A stretch of 42,107 bases of DNA from IMG/VR virus record IMGVR_UViG_3300028063_000002, positions 1 to 42,107 of that record; one strand, 5' to 3'. Origin of the DNA: a virus. This document shows, piece after piece, positions 13,266-22,497 of this stretch (its first letter is position 1; each line of letters begins with the position of its first letter). Both the position numbers and the translations under genes were made by a program. The notes below the pieces were generated by a model that saw only the letters and a list, made by a program, of their open reading frames with translations, did no database searches and was not told where the DNA came from.

Positions 13266-15464
13266 TTATAGCCTACGCGCATTGATTTGAATATACTGCA
13301 CGTTCGCGCTGCCGATGTTTGCGCCGACGCGTATCTTGATGGCATCGGTCAGATCATTAGTGAACGGAAAGCTGATCGTGTACTGCCGCCATGACGTTGA
13401 GGTAATGGGTGCAATTAACGCAGCTTCACCACCGGCAAGCGTCGTGATGACATGGACATAGCTGTTGCCACCTGCGTTCTTCGCCCAGAATGTCACTTCT
13501 ACAACCGTATCACGCAACATGGCAGCACGGGTAAGGTTGAAGTCCAGATATTCACCGGCAACGGTCTGGATCGACGCGCCGCCGCCCTTGGTTACCGTCG
13601 TATCCTTCACCGCGCGCGTCTGTGAGGATCCGCCAACGATGAAGTAGGTCGTATCGGCAGGCTGTAGATATACGGTTCCAGAAACAGGCGGCGAACGATC
13701 AACCCATGTGTCTTCAAGGTTGATTTGCTCCGGGTAAGAAACTATAGGCCCATCGACCGAAATGGAGTTCATGCGCTGCCCGGGCGTCTGGTTTGGCATG
13801 ACAATAGGCGCCACCGAGAACGGCAGGCCAGCATACGTTAGACCGGTGTAACGCAGCCCGTAGCTGCCATCGGTGCGCATGGTGTTGAAGTAATTGGAGA
13901 ACGCCGCGTATTGCATCGTACCGTCGCTGTTGTCGATCACCACGCCGTTGACAGTTACGTTCTCACCAGCGTTAAAGATGCCGCCAGCAAAAGGTGACGA
14001 CAGCGTGGGATCGTCTGGCGATGACTGGCCATCATCCATCTGCGCTACGTTGGCGATAACGCCGCCCGTGATGGACACGTTGCTGCTACCGCCATAGACA
14101 GCGATACCGGCGTAACCGACGTTCTTGATGTTGTTGCCGTCGAGCGTGATGTTGCGACCGATGACGATAATCCCGGCATCCGCGCCGCCGTCGATCGAGT
14201 TCAGCGAGACCACGCCGTCACGCGATCCGTTGTTGAGCTGGATGTTTTCAGCGCCGCGATAGCCTACCAGCTTGACCAACTCCCCAGCCGTGCGCCCCGT
14301 GGTGAACGTAATGGTGAACGTTGGGCCAGTGCCGTCGATCGTGTAGTTGGTGCTGCCGTCGCGGTTCTTTGGCGACAGTGGCTTGCCGTTGATCTGAATA
14401 CGAACCTTGCCCTTGCCGTTCAGAATATCAATCAGCACCTTTTCAACAAGATTGAAGTTGAAAACGGTCTGTCCAGAGGTCGCGGTCTTTGTGTCGGAAT
14501 ACTGCTTCTGGAAAATGACGTTGTTCTTGATGCCGAAATTTTGGCAATTGCGGAACTGGATTGCCCAGCCGGTCATCACATCATCGAACAGGTTGTTGGA
14601 TACGTCGATGTCAAACGAGTTTTCGACGCAAAGCGCTGTGGTGATCTGGGTAGATGCCGTCAGGCCCAGCACGCGGTTGCCGGTTGCCTTCACCTTGCGC
14701 GCGCTGGTCGAGAAGAAATAGTGACCGATGTTGCCCGTGCAGATGTTGTTTGAAAACTCGTTGAACTTGCCCGTGTTCAGGACCGAGTACAGGCCACCAG
14801 CGCCATCGATAATCCAGTCGCTGACGAGGCAGTTGTTGTTCACTAGGTTAAGGCAACCATCGATGCCCTGATATGGCGTCTTGAGCGTAGCCTTATTGCC
14901 GATGATGTCGCGGCCATCTGGCACGGTTACCGACGCATCCAGCAGGTAGATGTCACCCGGCCTGCCAATGACGCGCTTTCCCGCTGCGAGCGCGCGGTTG
15001 AAAGCCGTTACAGAACTGGCAACACCCGTAGGATCCGCGCCATAGTCCCGAAGTGAGACAGTATCGCGCAGCTTGTCTGTGCCGGTCCGAGTGACCGCAC
15101 CAGTACCGGGCTGCGTGAATGTGTCGGAGAGGCCGTTGCCGGGATTGCCCTGCTCACCCTGCGGCCCCGGATCCCCCTTCGTCGAATTCATCGCAACGTC
15201 GGAAACCCGATACAGGAACGACGTGGTATTAGGTGCGTAGATGTCGAGGTGATACGTACCCGGAACCACGTACAGACTAAGGTTCCCGTAAGCATCGGAC
15301 TTCGCCATGTTCTCGACGCCAGACACGGTAACGATCGGCGTGCCGTTATCGTCCGATGACAACGTGACCGTGTTTTGCGTGGTCCTGTCGATTACCCGCG
15401 CAAAATACCCGATCAAGCTGTCGCCCGCCGTGTTCGTGATGGCTTCAAAGAAATGGTGCATCAC
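13266..15464 (-). CDS. Tailspike / polysaccharide depolymerase with a right-handed parallel beta-helix (pectate-lyase-like) domain
   Basis: VSLRDYGADPTGVASSVTAFNRALAAGKRV is the classic N-cap of Pectate_lyase_3/tailspike domains, followed by repetitive N/G/I-rich beta-helix rungs. Short collagen-like GDPGPQGEQGNPG after a prealbumin-like N-terminal module. Confidence 0.8.
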   Translation of the reverse strand: MMHHFFEAITNTAGDSLIGYFARVIDRTTQNTVTLSSDDNGTPIVTVSGVENMAKSDAYGNLSLYVVPGTYHLDIYAPNTTSFLYRVSDVAMNSTKGDPGPQGEQGNPGNGLSDTFTQPGTGAVTRTGTDKLRDTVSLRDYGADPTGVASSVTAFNRALAAGKRVIGRPGDIYLLDASVTVPDGRDIIGNKATLKTPYQGIDGCLNLVNNNCLVSDWIIDGAGGLYSVLNTGKFNEFSNNICTGNIGHYFFSTSARKVKATGNRVLGLTASTQITTALCVENSFDIDVSNNLFDDVMTGWAIQFRNCQNFGIKNNVIFQKQYSDTKTATSGQTVFNFNLVEKVLIDILNGKGKVRIQINGKPLSPKNRDGSTNYTIDGTGPTFTITFTTGRTAGELVKLVGYRGAENIQLNNGSRDGVVSLNSIDGGADAGIIVIGRNITLDGNNIKNVGYAGIAVYGGSSNVSITGGVIANVAQMDDGQSSPDDPTLSSPFAGGIFNAGENVTVNGVVIDNSDGTMQYAAFSNYFNTMRTDGSYGLRYTGLTYAGLPFSVAPIVMPNQTPGQRMNSISVDGPIVSYPEQINLEDTWVDRSPPVSGTVYLQPADTTYFIVGGSSQTRAVKDTTVTKGGGASIQTVAGEYLDFNLTRAAMLRDTVVEVTFWAKNAGGNSYVHVITTLAGGEAALIAPITSTSWRQYTISFPFTNDLTDAIKIRVGANIGSANVQYIQINARRL

Positions 15465-15898
15465 ATGGTCCCGTTAGTCAGGGTGATAGTAATATCTGCT
15501 GTCGCCGTTGTACCGAGTACATCGGTGCATGTCACGCGTGCCGTAGATGTAGCAACGGAGTCACCGGCTACTGTTTGCCGGAATGTCGTGGATGCCATCG
15601 TGGGGGAGGTAATCGAGGCGCCTCCGCTCGTAATGACCCAGCTATACGAATACGGCCCCAACCCCCCGGTTGGCGTTGCCTGACTCGCAGCGGATACCAC
15701 CGACACCGGACGGCCTGCGTTATTGCCGCGTCCGAATACGTTGGTGGCGGTTAGGGACATGGCGGTGGTGAACGCAACGGCAGGACGCCATGTACCAGAA
15801 CGATACACTTCCGCGCGCGTGATACCCCGCGCTGCGCCGCCAATGACGACCTCGCCGCGCCTAACAAACCGCCACGCTCCAGAGATAAACGCGTCCAT
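15461..15898 (-). CDS. Tail-associated protein (Ig-like, Thr/Ser-rich C-terminal part)
   Basis: ORF track. ATGA overlap with the tailspike gene. GLGPYSYSWVITSGGASITS...ARVTCTDVLGTTATADITITL resembles a Big/PKD-like repeat. Confidence 0.6.
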   Translation of the reverse strand: MDAFISGAWRFVRRGEVVIGGAARGITRAEVYRSGTWRPAVAFTTAMSLTATNVFGRGNNAGRPVSVVSAASQATPTGGLGPYSYSWVITSGGASITSPTMASTTFRQTVAGDSVATSTARVTCTDVLGTTATADITITLTNGTM

Positions 15899-16230
15899 CA
15901 GGTGTAGTAGAACACAAGCAGGCCCTCAGAGCCTGTAGGACGTGCAGAGCCTTCAGGGAGGAAGATCACCCGGCCATCCGTCTGCGATGCCCCTGCATGG
16001 TGCAGATAAGCGCCACGGGTGGCACGCAGGATGTCTCCGGTGAAGGATCCGCCAGCAGTCGGAACGAACGCGCCTGTAGCCGGGATGCGGTTGTAAGTAT
16101 CCCGCATGACAGCGGAAACGTAGCGGATTGCTTCGTTGATGCCCGCAGGCGAACAGCCCTCGGCAACATTAGTCCCGCCGATGGTCACGTTCTCACTTGG
16201 AGTAGTCGAGAATTCCGTAGCTACTGGCAT
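15898..16230 (-). CDS. Tail fibre N-terminal/adaptor-like protein
   Basis: ORF track. NVTIGGTNVAEGCSPAGINEAIRYVSAVMRD resembles the conserved N-terminal anchor motif of alphaproteobacterial phage tail fibres (recollection only). Confidence 0.5.
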   Translation of the reverse strand: MPVATEFSTTPSENVTIGGTNVAEGCSPAGINEAIRYVSAVMRDTYNRIPATGAFVPTAGGSFTGDILRATRGAYLHHAGASQTDGRVIFLPEGSARPTGSEGLLVFYYT

Positions 16231-16331
16231 GTTACTTACTCCTGTATTCTGCTATACCATGCAGCATGAGTTGGGGCATCATATTAGGTATCATGCTGAA
16301 AGGCATAATCTTCGAGCTGTTTCATCAGGCG

Positions 16332-18863
16332 TCATTGCGTCGTCAACGACGAACCGGCACCAGCCAGCATAGGCGCCCCGAACAATCCGCCAATGCGCGC
16401 CCGGTTCGCTATACCGTTACCAGCCGCGATCATTGCGGGATAACGATCGAGCAACGAAGCAACTAACGCACGCTGGGCAACTCGCGAGCCGCCAGCAGCC
16501 AGCAAGCCACCTGTGGCAAGACCACTAATCCCCAGAGCCTGAGCGCCATCCTCGCCCCCACCAGCGTAGCCAGCACCTCCGCCCAGAACGCCCAATCCTG
16601 CCGCTCCTAGCGCTTGCTGCGTCAGCAAACGCCCCGCCGTCCCTGAGTCTGGAACAGAGTTAGGCAGAACCGATTGACCCGCTTCCGTGAGATTGAAGAA
16701 CGGCTGGCGCGTCGTGCCCTGGCTTCCGCCGAAGCGCTTGCCGTTCGCCGCTGCTGCATCGTTCAACTGTGACGGCGCAAACGTGCCGGTTTCGCCTACG
16801 CGCGTGCCATTGCGAGCGCGGTTGACGGCATCCTTTAGAACTTGCGTCTGGCGGTAGGCTTGATCTGCGTTACGCAGCGCTGGCATGACGCCGGGAGCCT
16901 GACGGTTCACCAGACCGCGCATAGCATCTTCAGCACCCGTCACGGAGCGACCGACAAGATTGCCCATCGCATCATTACCGAAGTCGGCACCGCGAGTCTG
17001 CTGGATAAAGTCCTGAATCGTCGCGCCGTCATACTGTGGCTGCGCCGTCAGGGGGTCTAGATCGGACCGCGCCCACGCTTCGAATTCAGGACCAACGCGC
17101 GGCACTTGCGAGCCCTGCGCGATTGCACCGTTGTAGTCCCCAGTGAACTGAGGATCACGCGTGACGGATACGCCGTTCAAGGCGTTGTCGTAACCCTGCC
17201 GCGTTGCGTTCTGTGCCGCATCAATACCACGGGGGCCGGTGATGCCACCAGTGTTCGCACCGATGGGCGCTAGAGCCTCGTCAAACGCTGCGCGGTTAAA
17301 ACCCTGCATACCTTCTAGGCGACGTGCGTTTACGATGCCGCCAAGCACTGGGACGCCAGACAGGCGATCCTCAATGCCTTTAGCCGCACCGCCTAGCGTT
17401 TGCCCGACAGTGAGAGGCACGCCAGCCGCACGCAGCCCCTGAGCATCGGCATTCTGTACGCCACGGAACGCACCGCCAACACCCCGCGCTAACCCACGCC
17501 CCGCAGCGCCGCCAGCCAGACCACCGAGTCCACCACCAGCCGCACCAAGCAATCGCGAACCGTCCTCAGTCGAGCCAGCGCCGTAAGCAGCGCCGTAGAG
17601 CGCGTCACCACCAAGCGCGGCGGCACCCGCACCCAGACCAGCGCGCGCAAGCCCGAGTTCAGCAGCCCCCGCACCGAGCGCACCGCCCGTGACGGTTCCA
17701 GCGAGCGATGCCCCCGGATACTGCTGGCGGGAGTATTCCATCGCCAGGTTGGACTGACCGCCTGCAATGTTATCCAAGGTCCCAGCCGTCAGGGCGTCCG
17801 CTGCGCTGATAGCGTATGCACCACCAGCGGAGTCCGCCAGACCGCCAAGCGCACGTCCAACCGTGCCGCGCGTGTCGTCGGCAACAGGAGGCGCGAAGTT
17901 CAGCCGTCCGCGCTTCTGGATAGCCGCGATAGTGCCGGGATCCGAGAACGTCTGAAACCCGTTGTCCGACAGCAGGCGGTTAAGCTGCTGCACGTCCGCG
18001 CCCTTGGTGTAAGCATCGGACAGTCGCTTGGCCATCGCCACGCCTGCCGCGCTCGCGAAGTTGCCACTGCCGCCATTGCCGCCACCGGGAGCGCCCGCGA
18101 CCGATCCAACATCGTAGCCAGCAGGGCCTTGCGGGGCCTGTGGTGGCGTGGTGCCTGCGCCGGGGGCCATCATGGCAACTTGGGGCTGCTGGCTGGACTG
18201 CGACGCACGCTTGTTCGCGCCCATAGCATCCGCCAGACCCTGAAGGCGGCGGATCTTGTCCTGAATAACCGCGTCGCGGTCGCCAGCCTGAGGAATGTAC
18301 GGCCCGACTGCGCGCTGGGCTTCTTTCTCCGTATTGAGCTGGCCACCCGTCAGACCCAACGCAGGACCGACGAAGCCACGGACGGCGTTGCCAGCAGCAT
18401 CAAACTGCTGATTCTCGGTGGTGGGCAGATAATCCGCCAGCCCGCCAATGCCCGACGTACGCCCCGGACCCGCTGCGAAGCGTGCCTTGATGTCGTTGAT
18501 CGCGCGCTGAAGGTTCTCGCGTCCGACCTGACCGGAGACTGGCATAGCAGCTTCACGGCGGGCCTTATCCAAAGCCAACTGCGAAGCCTGTGCCTCTGCC
18601 TCTGCCTTCGTCGTATCAGCCGCAGCCTGCCGGGGTGCGAATGGCACCTTGGCGGCTTCCAACGCCATCTGCTGTGCAGTACGGGCATTACCTAGCTGTG
18701 CGCCGCCAAGTTCGGCTTGCGCGCGCGGAGCGTCGTAAGCCTTAGATGGATCCGCTGTGCCGATGGTGTAAGGCTGCTGCTCCTGCGGCGTTACCTCAAG
18801 ATAGCCGCCACCAGGCTGCTGCTCGTAGATTTTGCCGTCCGGAGTCTGATACCGCTGTGCCAT
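16332..18863 (-). CDS. Large Gly/Ala/Gln-rich internal virion (ejection) protein, 843 aa
   Basis: ORF track. Low-complexity G/A tracts. Sits directly after the transglycosylase gene (1-nt TAATG-type overlap), as for podovirus ejection proteins. Confidence 0.6.
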   Translation of the reverse strand: MAQRYQTPDGKIYEQQPGGGYLEVTPQEQQPYTIGTADPSKAYDAPRAQAELGGAQLGNARTAQQMALEAAKVPFAPRQAAADTTKAEAEAQASQLALDKARREAAMPVSGQVGRENLQRAINDIKARFAAGPGRTSGIGGLADYLPTTENQQFDAAGNAVRGFVGPALGLTGGQLNTEKEAQRAVGPYIPQAGDRDAVIQDKIRRLQGLADAMGANKRASQSSQQPQVAMMAPGAGTTPPQAPQGPAGYDVGSVAGAPGGGNGGSGNFASAAGVAMAKRLSDAYTKGADVQQLNRLLSDNGFQTFSDPGTIAAIQKRGRLNFAPPVADDTRGTVGRALGGLADSAGGAYAISAADALTAGTLDNIAGGQSNLAMEYSRQQYPGASLAGTVTGGALGAGAAELGLARAGLGAGAAALGGDALYGAAYGAGSTEDGSRLLGAAGGGLGGLAGGAAGRGLARGVGGAFRGVQNADAQGLRAAGVPLTVGQTLGGAAKGIEDRLSGVPVLGGIVNARRLEGMQGFNRAAFDEALAPIGANTGGITGPRGIDAAQNATRQGYDNALNGVSVTRDPQFTGDYNGAIAQGSQVPRVGPEFEAWARSDLDPLTAQPQYDGATIQDFIQQTRGADFGNDAMGNLVGRSVTGAEDAMRGLVNRQAPGVMPALRNADQAYRQTQVLKDAVNRARNGTRVGETGTFAPSQLNDAAAANGKRFGGSQGTTRQPFFNLTEAGQSVLPNSVPDSGTAGRLLTQQALGAAGLGVLGGGAGYAGGGEDGAQALGISGLATGGLLAAGGSRVAQRALVASLLDRYPAMIAAGNGIANRARIGGLFGAPMLAGAGSSLTTQ

Positions 18864-19252
18864 TATACCCCCATGCGCCGAAGAATGTTGTCGGCGTAAG
18901 AATTCGTTTTCGGACCCCAGAGACGACGATTAGGGCCTCCGTGGTATCGCCTTAGTCCATCACGCACGTTGCCGGTAGCGTTTAGGGATTCCTCAAGATA
19001 CCCCTGACCAAGCGCCTTCTGATAAGCTGCCGCCGCCTGCGACGTGCCTGACATAAGATCCGGCCTCCAGGGAACACCCAGCTTCTTCGCGACACCCTGC
19101 GCCGTGGCTGGCAACATCTGCGTCATGCCCTGCGCCTGTCCGTACTGAGTCTGAGGCCCGGAGATACCGACACGCCCGCCGCTTTCCTGCTGGATCAAGT
19201 GCGGCAGGATATCACCGGACTGGAAAGGTACGCGCCCCTTGCGAGGGCGCAC
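18863..19252 (-). CDS. Virion-associated lytic transglycosylase (SLT domain); start uncertain
   Basis: LIQQESGGR...GMTQMLPATA...YQKALGQGYL fits the SLT E-S / G.MQ / AY pattern. The track ORF extends to 19375, but the first 41 codons are Arg-rich and overlap 19212..19793 out of frame. The GTG at 19252 is the only in-frame start near the domain. Confidence 0.6.
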   Translation of the reverse strand: MRPRKGRVPFQSGDILPHLIQQESGGRVGISGPQTQYGQAQGMTQMLPATAQGVAKKLGVPWRPDLMSGTSQAAAAYQKALGQGYLEESLNATGNVRDGLRRYHGGPNRRLWGPKTNSYADNILRRMGV

Positions 19253-19793
19253 CTCCCATTGGCACGGCGCCTGGAGGAAGCTGTTGCAGGATCTGGCGTG
19301 GCGCTGCCGAACCAGCCTGCGGGATAGCGCCCGATGGGTAAATCGTCTTGGTGCCGTCCGGGTTCGTCTGCACAATCGGAGGCGCGGTCGTCTGTGTGCG
19401 TAGGTACGATTCCGCCGCGTTGGGGTCGATCGTTTTCAGGTATTCGTAATTCTGCTGCAAGGCGGTGCCACCACCCGCTGAGGGATGCGCCGCCTCGTAC
19501 TGCTGCTTGCGCTCCCAATCGGTGTACTGATCCGCGCGCTGCTGCTGATACTGTGCCGCCTCTGCCGCCTGCTGCTGACGCATCTGCAACCCCGGCAAGA
19601 ACGTGCCTTTGCCACCACCCCACTGAGACAGCGTGTCACCCAGCGTGCCGATGATGAGATTGGCCGTGGAGGGCTTCTTGTACGTCGGTGTCACAGCGTC
19701 CTGCTGAACCAAACCAGCGCCGGGTGCCGCCAGTGGGTCGGCGCCCATCATCGGCGCCCCGAACAACCCCTTACGCGTCGTGCCAAACATCAT
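19212..19793 (-). CDS. Internal virion/structural protein (Gln/Pro-rich)
   Basis: ORF track. ATGA overlap with 19790..20449. Confidence 0.7.
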   Translation of the reverse strand: MMFGTTRKGLFGAPMMGADPLAAPGAGLVQQDAVTPTYKKPSTANLIIGTLGDTLSQWGGGKGTFLPGLQMRQQQAAEAAQYQQQRADQYTDWERKQQYEAAHPSAGGGTALQQNYEYLKTIDPNAAESYLRTQTTAPPIVQTNPDGTKTIYPSGAIPQAGSAAPRQILQQLPPGAVPMGGAPSQGARTFPVR

Positions 19794-20449
19794 GCACCCC
19801 CTGCGTATGCGCTTGCGGCGTTACCGGCCATCTGCGCGATAAGCGATGCGATCGACGGCGAAGACTTCTGGGTGGTGTTGGTGTACGAACCGAGAAGCCC
19901 CCCAATTCCCGCGCCAGCCCCCGCCGCTGCCTGTACAGGTGCCTGCTGAGACTGAAGGATGCTCTGGATTACCGACAGCGGCTGATACTGCGCAGACGAG
20001 ATACCGCCCGCCGCTGATGCTGCCGAATCCATCCGGTTGCGCTCGTTGGTGTAATCCGTGTAGCGAAGGTTGTTTTCGTTCTTCGCGAGGTTGCTGGTGA
20101 TGATGTCACCGAATGCCGAACCACCCGTCAGGCCACGCGTACCCAGCGATGCGGCAAGGCCATTGCGGACCCCCGCGTTCGTCTGGTCGATCTGACCTTG
20201 GAGGTAGGGGTTGCCTGCATCAAGATACTTGCCCGAGGTCACGTCTTGGTTGTACTGCATGGCCGACTTAACTCCGGGTTGCCCCGAATTATACTGCTCC
20301 ATCAACCCCGGAACCGCACTCGCCAGCGAATTGGCCGTGGACGTAATCCCCGGCTGCGCGGCGTTGTATGCGTTGCTGATATTGCTTGCGGCGCCTTCGA
20401 CCTGTGCCGAATAGACCGGCTTGGTCGAGGTCTTGGACTTACTTTTCAT
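19790..20449 (-). CDS. Structural protein (Ser/Ala/Gly/Gln/Asn-rich)
   Basis: ORF track. ATGA overlaps on both sides. Confidence 0.7.
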   Translation of the reverse strand: MKSKSKTSTKPVYSAQVEGAASNISNAYNAAQPGITSTANSLASAVPGLMEQYNSGQPGVKSAMQYNQDVTSGKYLDAGNPYLQGQIDQTNAGVRNGLAASLGTRGLTGGSAFGDIITSNLAKNENNLRYTDYTNERNRMDSAASAAGGISSAQYQPLSVIQSILQSQQAPVQAAAGAGAGIGGLLGSYTNTTQKSSPSIASLIAQMAGNAASAYAGGA

Positions 20450-20802
20450 GCGTCACGCTCCAAAATCGCAAGCCCGTCTTCCATACCGCAAAACGTCCAG
20501 TGGGGTAACAGCCGAAGCCATCCTTTTCGCCCCCACACCCTAAGCTTTTTCACGTCGGAATGAAAGGGCGATGTAAGCACAGCGAATTCAAGGCCGCGTA
20601 TGGTGTCCCGCGTCATCTTGCCGCCACCTAGTCTAATGTCGCAAACACCGTCCTCGTCTACTTCGCTGGTCACAGTCATTTCGCCAACGTGCCACAACAT
20701 CGCGTGTCCGGTTGCTAATTTCTGCTCCAGATCCGCCAACGAATACCCCGCCGCATCGGCTGCGGGCTGTAGGCGGTTGCGGTCTTCGTCGGACAGAATC
20801 AC
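20446..20802 (-). CDS. Hypothetical protein in the tail module
   Basis: Track ORF 20446..20817 begins at a TTG. A GTG five codons downstream (VILSDED...) forms a GTGA overlap with the stop of the small ORF 20799..20963 and is preferred. Confidence 0.65.
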   Translation of the reverse strand: MILSDEDRNRLQPAADAAGYSLADLEQKLATGHAMLWHVGEMTVTSEVDEDGVCDIRLGGGKMTRDTIRGLEFAVLTSPFHSDVKKLRVWGRKGWLRLLPHWTFCGMEDGLAILERDA

Positions 20803-20963
20803 GGCACGTCTACCCAATCTGCGCCGTCGTAGTATTGGAGCACGCCAGCGCGATACCGGACTTCCTCTGCCTGTGGCTTACGGTTCATCAGATCGTTGAT
20901 CGCATTCGCCACCAGACGCGGCCAGTCCAGGCGCTTGCCGTCCACGGGTACGGGCTTGCTCAT
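20799..20963 (-). CDS. Hypothetical protein (54 aa; not in the ORF track)
   Basis: Hand translation: MSKPVPVDGKRLDWPRLVANAINDLMNRKPQAEEVRYRAGVLQYYDGADWVDVP. GTGA coupling to the next gene. Confidence 0.45.
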   Translation of the reverse strand: MSKPVPVDGKRLDWPRLVANAINDLMNRKPQAEEVRYRAGVLQYYDGADWVDVP

Positions 20964-21040
20964 GGTTGACACTCGATGAAAACGGGAATATCCAGACTAC
21001 AGGGAGCCAACCTTAGGCGCATGTTAAAACGCCCTTCAGA

Positions 21041-21075
21041 GCCTCGCTTAATCGCGGGGCTTTGTTGTATTTTGG
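21041..21075 (+). terminator. Canonical-looking intrinsic terminator on the plus strand inside a minus-strand gene block
   Basis: GCCTCGC-ttaatc-GCGGGGC (7-bp GC-rich stem with one G-U pair), followed immediately by TTTGTTGTATTTT. There is no plus-strand gene nearby. Confidence 0.5.
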
Positions 21076-21078
21076 GAA

Positions 21079-22497
21079 TCATCTCTGCCCACCCGTATCA
21101 TAGTCGCAATCAATCCCCTGGACATAGCTCCACCGCACCCCGGCATCGACGATCATCGAGATAGCCATATACTTCCCCCGCGCACGGATCGGCACCCTAC
21201 CCGAAGGCTGCATCCCCGACTCCGTAACGATCCCCAGCGCATCACCCATCCGCTGCCGTGCGTCGATACGGATCGTTACACCTGCGGTAGCATCGGACAT
21301 CGGCGTGACGGACCGCACTCGCGCCACCATGGGATCCGCCAGCGCCTGCCAGCCCATCGTCAGGGTCGCCGCTAGGTTAGGTCCCGACAGCGCGCCAATA
21401 CGGTTCTGACGGTCCACCACGTACAAGCGCGGATCGCCACCCTGAAACCGGGGGTCGTCCAGCGAATACGGCATGGCATCCAGATCATGATATAGCGTGC
21501 CAACCTGCTCCAGCGTTACGGAGCTTTCGTAGCCAGCGAACAGGCCAGAGAACGGGATCTCTATCGTACTAGCGCGGTCAATGACCCAATTATAGACCCA
21601 GATCCTACCGGGCACACCCGGCACGCCCCACATGACCAGCGAGCGCTTCGGATCGATAGCTGCCCAAATCTTCTCGTAATCCTCAGGCGTCACCGAATCG
21701 CGGAACGACTGGTCGAACTTCTCATTGCCTAGTGGTTTGAGCGCCTGCCCATCCTCCAGCGCCATGAAACCCCGGTCAGAAAGGAAGAACACGGAGCGGC
21801 CTGCCTGTGCGATGCTGCCACTAGAGGCGCAACCGAAGTTAGGCGTGATTTCACTGAACGAAAAAGGGGCTGTGGCATCTCCGGTTCTCTCCATACGGAC
21901 CAAGCGGAACCGCTGGAGGATAACACCGTATTCGCCGCCCGCAATGCCCTTGATCTCGCCGCCCGTAAGCATCGGCTGGAAACCCGACTGGTTGGTGCCT
22001 GGGGTCCATTCCGTGTGGTCGTTGAACCCCGACCACTTCACTAGGAGTTTGTCACCCCCTGCCTGCGTGACAACGACGTAATCCCCAACCACCGCCACGC
22101 CCGTCGCGCTGGGGCACTCGGTCAGGTTGGACGCCGTGCCCGCGTTCAGATCGACTTGCTTGGTCTCTACACCGTTGACCGCCACCACGAAGTTACCGAA
22201 CTGCGTGAACCGCCAGCGATCGGTGACGGACATGCCGACGATAAGGTCGTCCCATTCCCCGCCAGAGTAACGCGCTAGACCGTTGCTGGTGCCTGCGAGC
22301 AGGTAAGCCGTACCGTCCGTGGAGATGGCTGCAAACCCGCCCTTGAATGTGGCGGGGAGCGGGTCTGAGATGGAGGCGAGCGACTTGACCGGGCGATACC
22401 CATCAGCCGCTGGCAGGACGTTGATAGCGCTGGTGAGGACACCGCGCGGCAACTGGTCCGGGAGGTAAGCGGGGAAGGGGAGGCGCTTGGTTGACAT
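21079..22497 (-). CDS. Tail structural protein (472 aa, beta-propeller-like repeats)
   Basis: ORF track. Position between the adaptor-like gene and the ejection proteins. Repeated G-x-V/Y-V-V motifs. Exact role not recognisable. Confidence 0.6.
   Translation of the reverse strand: MSTKRLPFPAYLPDQLPRGVLTSAINVLPAADGYRPVKSLASISDPLPATFKGGFAAISTDGTAYLLAGTSNGLARYSGGEWDDLIVGMSVTDRWRFTQFGNFVVAVNGVETKQVDLNAGTASNLTECPSATGVAVVGDYVVVTQAGGDKLLVKWSGFNDHTEWTPGTNQSGFQPMLTGGEIKGIAGGEYGVILQRFRLVRMERTGDATAPFSFSEITPNFGCASSGSIAQAGRSVFFLSDRGFMALEDGQALKPLGNEKFDQSFRDSVTPEDYEKIWAAIDPKRSLVMWGVPGVPGRIWVYNWVIDRASTIEIPFSGLFAGYESSVTLEQVGTLYHDLDAMPYSLDDPRFQGGDPRLYVVDRQNRIGALSGPNLAATLTMGWQALADPMVARVRSVTPMSDATAGVTIRIDARQRMGDALGIVTESGMQPSGRVPIRARGKYMAISMIVDAGVRWSYVQGIDCDYDTGGQR

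Noticed and set aside
12796-13345. ORFs 12796..13290 (+), 12905..13243 (+) and 12911..13345 (-)
   Set aside because: They overlap the 5-TM membrane protein gene and the tailspike 3' end, have Arg-rich composition and lack coupling. Only the 39-aa Lys/Pro-rich ORF with an AGGAG was kept, at low confidence.
16231-16331. tRNA or other structured RNA gene in the AT-rich 101-bp gap (also checked gaps 1919-2053, 10780-10932, 20964-21078, 22498-22669, 35512-35596, 36581-36776)
   Set aside because: No cloverleaf-compatible arms or a GTTCGAATC-type T-loop were seen. The gap shows only an 8-bp inverted repeat (CAGCATGA-N21-TCATGCTG) and weak promoter-like hexamers. A dedicated tRNA scan is still advisable.
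19212-19375. Programmed frameshift fusing 19212..19793 to the SLT domain
   Set aside because: The SLT frame is +1 relative to the upstream gene. I see no slippery heptamer or rare-codon or stop context that would promote +1 shifting. Kept only as an open question in the findings.
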